The translations under genes were made by a program, and so were the position numbers. The notes beneath the pieces are model-generated. The model ran no database searches, had not been told where the DNA came from, and saw nothing but the letters and a program-made list of their open reading frames with translations. Shown piece after piece: positions 57,437 through 64,000 of a stretch of 64,000 bases of DNA. Within the stretch, counting starts at the first letter, position 1. Each line of letters begins with the position of its first letter. Origin of the DNA: an uncultured virus (IMG/VR IMGVR_UViG_3300021085_000021). Its lineage: Duplodnaviria > Heunggongvirae > Uroviricota > Caudoviricetes. The stretch is taken from IMG/VR virus record IMGVR_UViG_3300021085_000021; one strand, given 5' to 3'.

Positions 57437-58286
57437 TGTTATAAAATTCCTCCACAACTTCAATCAATTGGTTACATCTCTTTTTAATTAAGTAATTCAA
57501 TACTTTCATTTTCATAGCAACTTTTTGCTCGTTATAATTATATATAATGTTTTGTTGGATGTCTTCTGGGACTTCCGTCAAATCAATTAACTTTTTGTTT
57601 CGTTGATAATTACGAAACGTCTCATGTTCCATTACATTTCTTAAATTATCTGAATTTTCTAACCATTCAGCAATTCTAGTTTTTCGTAATGGGGTTTGTT
57701 TTTTATCAGTCACAAATGTATCATCGTCAGATAACACATTAGGAATACCATCTCCGGTATCGCCTTTCATTATATGATTGAACAAATAAGTTCTAGGGTT
57801 ATTGTCCTTTACTATTTTCTTTTGTATAGGACTAAATTGTTTGACATTTTTAAATTTTTGTAATTGAATAAAATCTTTATCAGAGGAAACAATCATCATT
57901 GGTTCACCTAAACCAAACTCTTGAGATTGTAATACTAATGAAGCAATAATGTCATCTGCTTCTACTCCGTCCATGTGAATAACCTTATAAGGTAGGTTTT
58001 CTTTAATTTCATCTCTAACCAAATGTAGAATTCTAAAAATCTCATTCCAATCTTGGTCAGATTGTTCTCTTTTTGTTCTTCTTTTAGCTTTATAATAAGG
58101 ATAATAATCTTTACGCCAGGTATTCATACCATCAGCACATATAACCATTTGGCCAAATTCGTCTCTATATTTTTTGTTATACATTCTAATAGAGTTTAGA
58201 ATCATGTGTCTTATCATAGACTCATCATTTAGTTTTTGCACTATAATATTTGATAGTGCGATTTGTGAATAATCAAGTAGTATCAT
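57417..58286 (-). CDS. rnh: T4 RNase H (5'-3' exonuclease)
   Basis: Start reassigned to MILLDYSQ; WRK.YYPYYK..R, EADD, SSDKDF.QL, GD.GDGIPN. Confidence 0.93.
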   Translation of the reverse strand: MILLDYSQIALSNIIVQKLNDESMIRHMILNSIRMYNKKYRDEFGQMVICADGMNTWRKDYYPYYKAKRRTKREQSDQDWNEIFRILHLVRDEIKENLPYKVIHMDGVEADDIIASLVLQSQEFGLGEPMMIVSSDKDFIQLQKFKNVKQFSPIQKKIVKDNNPRTYLFNHIMKGDTGDGIPNVLSDDDTFVTDKKQTPLRKTRIAEWLENSDNLRNVMEHETFRNYQRNKKLIDLTEVPEDIQQNIIYNYNEQKVAMKMKVLNYLIKKRCNQLIEVVEEFYNNETISI

Positions 58287-58677
58287 CGTAATCCTCATCT
58301 GTAATAAAATCAGGCTCGAAAGCAATCTCAGTATCATTTCTTTTTAAAGCTTTCATTGCTTTTAATTTAACATATAATCTATCCATGTCTTTTTGTAATC
58401 CATGGTCTTCGCCTTTAAACCTTAGTAACATACTATATAATAGGTTTACTATTACTAAAGCATCTCTGCCTTCTTTTAGATTTTCATCTCTTAACTCAAG
58501 TCCTGAGATATTATGACCTTCAGGTGTTTGACCTATTTCATATAATTCTTCATCTATACAATCGAATATATGTTGAGAGATTTTAATCATATCATCGTGT
58601 AATTCAGCGATTATTTCTTCTTGAGATTTAATACGCTTTATCTCTTTACCAGTGAATATGTTAATTATTTCTGCCAT
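58273..58677 (-). CDS. Hypothetical protein (134 aa)
   Basis: Start reassigned to MAEIINIF, directly after an early promoter. Confidence 0.7.
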   Translation of the reverse strand: MAEIINIFTGKEIKRIKSQEEIIAELHDDMIKISQHIFDCIDEELYEIGQTPEGHNISGLELRDENLKEGRDALVIVNLLYSMLLRFKGEDHGLQKDMDRLYVKLKAMKALKRNDTEIAFEPDFITDEDYDDTT

Positions 58678-58684
58678 TATTAGT

Positions 58685-58720
58685 ATTATACCAGGTTTTA
58701 ATCGTTTTGTACAGTGTTTT
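58685..58720 (-). promoter_or_regulatory. Early-type promoter AAAACAC-TGTACA-17-TATAAT
   Basis: Conserved motif overlapping the upstream gene end. Confidence 0.85.
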
Positions 58721-59141
58721 CTTGTAAATTTTTGACCGTCATTCCGCCAATTTTGCAAGAAATAATTCCATTATAATAATCATCTGTTAGCAATACTTCT
58801 CTATCAAACTGTTCTTTTGCTTCCATATAAGCACATGTCCCTTTGGTTTTACATAGGTGAATTATTTCTCTATGAAACATTTCATCACCTTGTTTTTCTA
58901 CATCGCCTTTTAAATGTTTATTTGAGCCATAGTAAACGCGCCAATCGCTTTCGACTAAAAGTCGTTTTCTGCGTTTTCTAGTTTTTGTGATTGGTAGAGT
59001 TTTCTTTGACCAAAAAAACTTTTTGCCGATATATTTTCTACCTGTAGCACGATTTGTAATACAGTAGACAAACCCATAATAATCCTCAGAGGAAAAATCC
59101 TCTGGTGGTTCCCACTTGCGACCATTGTATATCCATTCCAT
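58698..59141 (-). CDS. GIY-YIG family endonuclease-like protein
   Basis: GFVY.ITN..TGRKYIGKK, W..YYGS, REI, YYN; late promoter 59147-59154. Confidence 0.82.
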   Translation of the reverse strand: MEWIYNGRKWEPPEDFSSEDYYGFVYCITNRATGRKYIGKKFFWSKKTLPITKTRKRRKRLLVESDWRVYYGSNKHLKGDVEKQGDEMFHREIIHLCKTKGTCAYMEAKEQFDREVLLTDDYYNGIISCKIGGMTVKNLQENTVQND

Positions 59142-59149
59142 ATATGTAT

Positions 59150-59302
59150 TTATACATCAAAATCAAGCTCATCTGGCTCCTCAACTGCTGTTCCACAATG
59201 TGGACAAAATATAGGTTCTGGTTTTTCTTCTAAAAAGTGAATTCTTGTTTCTGTAAAACAAAATTCGCAATTGTGTGTATACCAATGGTTTGGGTCTGAC
59301 AT
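59150..59302 (-). CDS. Small zinc-ribbon protein (50 aa)
   Basis: CEFC...FCPHCG; AAGGAG RBS; not in ORF track. Confidence 0.75.
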   Translation of the reverse strand: MSDPNHWYTHNCEFCFTETRIHFLEEKPEPIFCPHCGTAVEEPDELDFDV

Positions 59303-59311
59303 TAGGTCTCC

Positions 59312-59530
59312 TTATCCTAAGTGTTCTTTAAGCTCCGTATATCCACCGATTTTATTACCGTCAACGATAATCTGTGGAAATGTTCGAGCACCTGGAAATT
59401 TTGCTAGCATTTCGTCTCTACTAAAATCTATTCCGTAATGAAAATATTGATATTCTAATCCTTCTTTTTCACAAAGTTGTTTTGCCATATCGCAAAATGG
59501 ACATGGTGTTTTTCCATAAATCTCTATCAT
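59312..59530 (-). CDS. nrdC: Glutaredoxin
   Basis: CPFC, RTFPQI, IGGY. Confidence 0.92.
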   Translation of the reverse strand: MIEIYGKTPCPFCDMAKQLCEKEGLEYQYFHYGIDFSRDEMLAKFPGARTFPQIIVDGNKIGGYTELKEHLG

Positions 59531-59958
59531 AATGTTTCCTCAATAAATTTACCAATTGTTTCTATATCTTGTTCTGATAACATACCAGCTTGGGCCCACA
59601 TAGTAGAACTCATAGCTCCAACTTGGCCTTTGTTTTTATATGTTGTTAATCTGTCAACAATATAATCTGATGATTGACCAGCTAGTGCAGGAAATGGTCC
59701 CATTCCCTGTCCTTCTGTTCCGTGACATGCTGCGCATCCAGCCCATAATCCTTTAATAGAACTAAAAGGGTCTCCTTCAGCTAAAGCTTGTTTACGTCTT
59801 TCTATCTCAGATGGTGTGCCATTTAGTTTAACATATTCTATATAACATTCACCTGTACATGATGTCGTTCTTGGCACATCTTTATATTCTAAATTTTGAT
59901 ATGCCATAGCAATTGTACCAACCATTGCCAAACATATAGATATTATATATCCTTTCAT
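59527..59958 (-). CDS. Class I c-type cytochrome (c553/c4-like)
   Basis: N-terminal hydrophobic anchor; CAACHG..GQG, P.LAGQ, distal Met (TMWAQA), LSEQDI. Confidence 0.88.
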   Translation of the reverse strand: MKGYIISICLAMVGTIAMAYQNLEYKDVPRTTSCTGECYIEYVKLNGTPSEIERRKQALAEGDPFSSIKGLWAGCAACHGTEGQGMGPFPALAGQSSDYIVDRLTTYKNKGQVGAMSSTMWAQAGMLSEQDIETIGKFIEETL

Positions 59959-59959
59959 A

Positions 59960-60538
59960 TTACTCCTGTACTAAATCTCCGGATTCTACTCCAGTGGGTT
60001 CTCCTTCCCATAAATTAAATGCGATTGCTCTTCGAGTTCCTCTAGTAACTTCTGAAACTCTATGATAATGGTCTCCTGCTTGGAATATAATAAGTCTATT
60101 ATCTTTAGCTTTTACAACTTCTGGTTCTTTATCTCTACCATCAGTATAAATCTCTAAATTACCACCATCAAAATCTTGACCTGGAGGATAGTAAATTGTA
60201 CCAATAATAGGTCCTTGTATTTCTCCAGTTTTTTCCCATAATGCTTCGTCTTTATCGACATGCATTACAAGATTGTTTTCCCAATTGCTATCAGTTTTAT
60301 CACATGTTTGAATACCTGTCCAGTATTCAAATCCTTTAATATTCCACTTCTGTGAAATAGGACATCCATCTGACCAAACCCAATCAACGAGTTTTTGTGT
60401 TGTATTTACAGGTGGTGTTGTCCACCAACCTCCCCACCATTTATAAATGCCTGGGTCTTTAAAAATTTCTTCTTGGTTATCTTCGATTTCTTTTAAAAAA
60501 TCTTTATCTTTGATGTAATCATCGAATATTGCTATCAT
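59960..60538 (-). CDS. 2OG-Fe(II) oxygenase
   Basis: Start reassigned to MIAIFDD; HVD, GG.L, NRLIIF, HRV..V.RG.R. Confidence 0.85.
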   Translation of the reverse strand: MIAIFDDYIKDKDFLKEIEDNQEEIFKDPGIYKWWGGWWTTPPVNTTQKLVDWVWSDGCPISQKWNIKGFEYWTGIQTCDKTDSNWENNLVMHVDKDEALWEKTGEIQGPIIGTIYYPPGQDFDGGNLEIYTDGRDKEPEVVKAKDNRLIIFQAGDHYHRVSEVTRGTRRAIAFNLWEGEPTGVESGDLVQE

Positions 60539-60708
60539 TGTAATGCTTTTCCTATTGTAAAAAATGCTAATAACATCATAAAAAATACGCTTACTTGAAT
60601 AATGGAAGCCCAAAAGATTTGTCTCATTGGGTGAACATCTGGTAGTTTTTCTATAATCGATTCGTTCGGCGATAGATTAACTATTTGTAATATTTTCTTC
60701 TCTTTCAT
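60535..60708 (-). CDS. Small membrane protein (57 aa)
   Basis: MKEKKILQIVNLSP...HPMRQIFWASIIQVSVFFMMLLAFF; coupled on both sides. Confidence 0.6.
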   Translation of the reverse strand: MKEKKILQIVNLSPNESIIEKLPDVHPMRQIFWASIIQVSVFFMMLLAFFTIGKALQ

Positions 60709-61781
60709 TATAAACTTAAGTTTTTTAATGTGTTGTCATCAACATCTTGTTTAACACCACCAACAATATAGCTGGCGATTTCTGTTTCTTGTGGAGCAAC
60801 TTGGACATTGCCACCACCAATCCATTTTTCCGTCCAAGGTAATGGATTAATTTTTGGAACAGTATAAGGACAAGGTAAGTTAATAGCTCTCATTCTTTTA
60901 CATCCAATCCATTCTATATATTCAGCTAAAATGTTTTCATTTAAGCCAATCATTGAACCATCTTTAAATAAATATCTGGCCCATTCTTTTTCTTGTTCAA
61001 TTACTCTCTCAAATAATTTAACTGCTTCAGGTTCCATTTCCTTAGCAATTTTAACAAAATCTTTATCCTCAGCCAACATCTTTTTAATTATTGTTGTTGT
61101 GCCAGCTAAGTGTGTGTTCTCATCTCTTGCGATAAACTTGATAATCTTTGCATTACCTTCCATCTTTTTAAGTTCTGCAAATGCCCATGAACATGCAAAT
61201 GATACATAAAATCTAATTCCTTCTAAAGCATTTGCCGATAACATACACATCCATAAAGAACGTTTATGGTCAAGTTTATTTGTGGCAGAATTATTATCTG
61301 AAATTAACTCATCGTAATATTTTGCAATATCGTTACCACATTCTAAAATTTCTTTTACATCAAGCATACCGTCAAAAACAGTAGCAGGGTTAGGATAAAC
61401 ATTCCTAATAATATGGGTGTAAGAGCGAGAATGAATAGTTTCAAAAAAGGACCAAGTTTCAATCCAGTTTTCAATTTCGGGTAACGAAGCAATAGGAAGG
61501 AAAGCAAGGTTCGGGGCCCGACCTTGTACAGAGTCCAGTAATATTTGCCTTTTGAGATTAGATGTGAAAATGTGTTTTTCATGGTCTGTTAATGCCTCGA
61601 AATCTTTTTTATCTTTTGAAATATCTACCTCTTCAGGTCTCCAAAAGAATCCAAGTTGTTTTTCTGTTATTTTTTCTATCTGTGGGTATTTAACTTCGTC
61701 GAATCTTTGAACATCGACAGACTCATCTAAAAACATATTTTTAGTTAAATGTGATTTTTTACTTTTCTTCAGTATCGGCAT
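60708..61781 (-). CDS. nrdB: Ribonucleotide reductase class Ia beta subunit
   Basis: FFWRPEE, DSVQGR, ETIHSRSY, EGIRFYVSF, DENTH, VAPQETE. Confidence 0.97.
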   Translation of the reverse strand: MPILKKSKKSHLTKNMFLDESVDVQRFDEVKYPQIEKITEKQLGFFWRPEEVDISKDKKDFEALTDHEKHIFTSNLKRQILLDSVQGRAPNLAFLPIASLPEIENWIETWSFFETIHSRSYTHIIRNVYPNPATVFDGMLDVKEILECGNDIAKYYDELISDNNSATNKLDHKRSLWMCMLSANALEGIRFYVSFACSWAFAELKKMEGNAKIIKFIARDENTHLAGTTTIIKKMLAEDKDFVKIAKEMEPEAVKLFERVIEQEKEWARYLFKDGSMIGLNENILAEYIEWIGCKRMRAINLPCPYTVPKINPLPWTEKWIGGGNVQVAPQETEIASYIVGGVKQDVDDNTLKNLSL

Positions 61782-61992
61782 CGGGTCTCCATGAAATTGT
61801 TGATTTAGTTTCTATTGCATCTTGTGCACATTGTATATAGTCTTTATCCTCTTCGGATAATACCGACCAAAATTTACTAATGGTCAAGGTATGTTCGTAT
61901 ACAACTTCTGGTTTAGACATATGATAATCTTGTTCCATCCACATTTGAAGGATGTCCATTCTTTGATTTATTTTATTTCTTAAATCTTGCAA
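61759..61992 (-). CDS. Hypothetical protein between nrdA and nrdB (77 aa)
   Basis: KFWSVLSEEDKDYI..A motif; overlaps both neighbours. Confidence 0.65.
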   Translation of the reverse strand: MQDLRNKINQRMDILQMWMEQDYHMSKPEVVYEHTLTISKFWSVLSEEDKDYIQCAQDAIETKSTISWRPDADTEEK

Positions 61993-64000
61993 GAGTCACA
62001 GTCCTCGTCATCTACCATTGTTGTACCACTTTCGTAAGTGTGGTGCTCATCTTCTTTCATTTCACCGGCACCATCGTATGTATTAAAATAATATAATTGC
62101 TTGAGACCAAACTTGTAAGAAGTAACCAAGTCTTGTATCATTACCGACATTGGAATCTTATTATCCTCGTAATGTTCAGGATTATAAGATGTGTTAACAG
62201 AAATACCTTGGTCTATGTACTTCTGTAATATAGCACAGATTTTAAGATATCCATCAGGACTCTTTTGTTCCCAGAGTAAATCATATTTGTTCTTCAAATG
62301 ATGATAAGCTGGTACGACTTGAGCTAGAACTCCGTCTTTGGATTGTTTATATGATACTAAAGCTCTAGGAGGTTCAATACCATTTGTACTATTACTAATC
62401 TGTGCGGATGTTTCTGCGGGCATTAATGCCATGAGAGTTGAATTGCGGATTCCAGTGTCTTTGAGTTGAGTTCTCAGCTCGTCCCACGGGAATCGTTCTT
62501 TATGCTCTATCAAATTATCTATCGCACCCTTATATGTATCATTTGGCAGAACTCCGCGGGCATACTTTGTATCATTATTTTTAGGTATTTTGCCTTTTTC
62601 TTGTGCTAAATTTGCAGATGCTTTAATTAAATAATATGACCAAGCTTCTGCGTATTCATCAACTATTTCAAATGCCGATTCATCGTATTTAAATCCTCTT
62701 TTTGCTAAGAAATAAGCTAAATTAATAATACCAATACCTAAAGGTCGTCTGTTTTTCGTCCCTTGTTCTGCTGCTGCAACTGGATAATTTTGGTAATCCA
62801 ATAACTCGTCAAGTGCTCTAACTGATAAATCACACCACTTTTCAAATTCTTTTGGATGGTTAATTAAACCCCAATTAATTGCTGATAATGTACATAGTGA
62901 TATTTCTCCTGTATGGTCATCATATGATTCCATAGGAGTAGTTGGTAAATCAATCTCACAACATAGATTACTCATTCTGATTGGAGCCTTTTTAGGTTCA
63001 AATGCACCATGTTCATTTGCATGGTCAACATTCATAATATAAATTCTACCTGTATCTTTTCTTTCAGTTAATAATGTCTGAAATACTTCGAGTGCTGGTA
63101 GAGTTTTCTTTCTGATTGAATATGCTCTCTCGTACTTTTCGTATAATTCTTTGAATTTATCTTGGTCATCAAAGAACGATTCATATAAGCCTGGAACATC
63201 GTTCGGGTCAAAAAATGTTATGTTACCACCAGTTAATAATCTTTCGTACATTAACTTATTTAACTGAAAGGAGTAGTCCATGTGACGAACTCTTGTTTCC
63301 TCTGTACCTTTATTATTTTTAAGCACAACTAAATCTTCAAATTCGTAATGCCATAATGGTAAGTAAACTGTTGCTGCACCACCACGAACTCCACCTTGAG
63401 AACATGATTTTACAGCTGATTGAAAGTATTTTAGAAATGGTATAAGCCCTGTGTGTACAACTGAACCATCTCCGACTTTGGCACCTTCGGCTCTAATTGA
63501 ACCAGCACCAATTCCAATACCTGCCTTTTTGCTTATGTATTTGACAACACTAGTAGCAGTAGCGTTAATTGAGTCAAGGCTGTCGCCAGACTCAATGAGA
63601 ACACAACTCGAGAACTGTCTAACTGGTGTACGAACACCTGCCATAATCGGTGTAGGTAGTGAAATGTAAAATTGTGAAATTGCATCGTAGTAATCCTTTA
63701 CATACTTAATTCGCGTTTCGTTTGGATAATTTTGGAATAGAGTTGCTGCAACCATCATATACAGCATCTGTGGAGTTTCATAATGAACTTTGTTTTTTCT
63801 GTCTTGGACGAGATATTTACCTCTAAATTGTTCCATACCTGCATAGGTAAATGTATCGTCTCTGTCATGCTTGATATAGGCGTCAAGTTCATCAATTTCT
63901 TCACGAGGATATTTTACCATAATATCACCGTCGTATACGCCTCTATCAACGTTTTCAATAATTAGTTGTGCAAGTGGCCATGGGGTATAATCACCATAGA
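61980..64000 (-). CDS. nrdA: Ribonucleotide reductase class Ia alpha subunit, 5' end beyond window edge
   Basis: QFSSC, SNLCCEI, LCTL, MPAETS, LYY, C-terminal CDSC; frame stays open from 63920 to the window end. Confidence 0.97.
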   Translation of the reverse strand, partial: YGDYTPWPLAQLIIENVDRGVYDGDIMVKYPREEIDELDAYIKHDRDDTFTYAGMEQFRGKYLVQDRKNKVHYETPQMLYMMVAATLFQNYPNETRIKYVKDYYDAISQFYISLPTPIMAGVRTPVRQFSSCVLIESGDSLDSINATATSVVKYISKKAGIGIGAGSIRAEGAKVGDGSVVHTGLIPFLKYFQSAVKSCSQGGVRGGAATVYLPLWHYEFEDLVVLKNNKGTEETRVRHMDYSFQLNKLMYERLLTGGNITFFDPNDVPGLYESFFDDQDKFKELYEKYERAYSIRKKTLPALEVFQTLLTERKDTGRIYIMNVDHANEHGAFEPKKAPIRMSNLCCEIDLPTTPMESYDDHTGEISLCTLSAINWGLINHPKEFEKWCDLSVRALDELLDYQNYPVAAAEQGTKNRRPLGIGIINLAYFLAKRGFKYDESAFEIVDEYAEAWSYYLIKASANLAQEKGKIPKNNDTKYARGVLPNDTYKGAIDNLIEHKERFPWDELRTQLKDTGIRNSTLMALMPAETSAQISNSTNGIEPPRALVSYKQSKDGVLAQVVPAYHHLKNKYDLLWEQKSPDGYLKICAILQKYIDQGISVNTSYNPEHYEDNKIPMSVMIQDLVTSYKFGLKQLYYFNTYDGAGEMKEDEHHTYESGTTMVDDEDCDSCKI

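Noticed and set aside
58698..59141. GIY-YIG gene as a mobile homing endonuclease or intron
   Set aside because: No C-terminal DNA-binding repeats and no interrupted host gene
61759..61992. Possible intron or intein in the nrd genes
   Set aside because: nrdA and nrdB frames are continuous and of normal length within the window

Overview
AT-rich segment of a large T4-like myovirus genome. The gene set resembles aquatic T4-like phages of heterotrophic proteobacteria, but the host cannot be read from this window. 1-30 kb (minus strand): collagen-like and long fibre genes, then baseplate genes (DUF4815/VrlC-like, gp8, gp7-like, gp6, gp25, gp5, gp27-like, gp53, gp48). 30-35 kb (plus strand): gp4, gp2, gp54-like, gp26 with a probable -1 frameshift into a gp51-like domain, and a tape-measure-like gene. 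35-43 kb (minus): gp32, gp59, gp33, DNA ligase and small early genes behind a strongly conserved sigma70-type promoter. 43-50 kb: the most notable part, a tightly coupled, late-promoter-driven operon next to the endolysin. It joins curli secretion genes (csgF, csgG, two curlin-like beta-solenoid proteins) to a secreted FecR-domain protein and an intact CHASE2 class III adenylyl cyclase, with two micro-ORFs and a probable overprinted gene. 50-64 kb: small accessory genes, nucleases, RNase H, glutaredoxin, cytochrome c, 2OG-Fe(II) oxygenase, nrdB and partial nrdA. Also seen: a terminator whose loop is antisense to the early-gene ribosome-binding site, a structured non-coding leader, and many probably leaderless mRNAs. 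No tRNA, rRNA, CRISPR array or mobile element was recognised. All family assignments come from motif recognition by eye; no database search was run.
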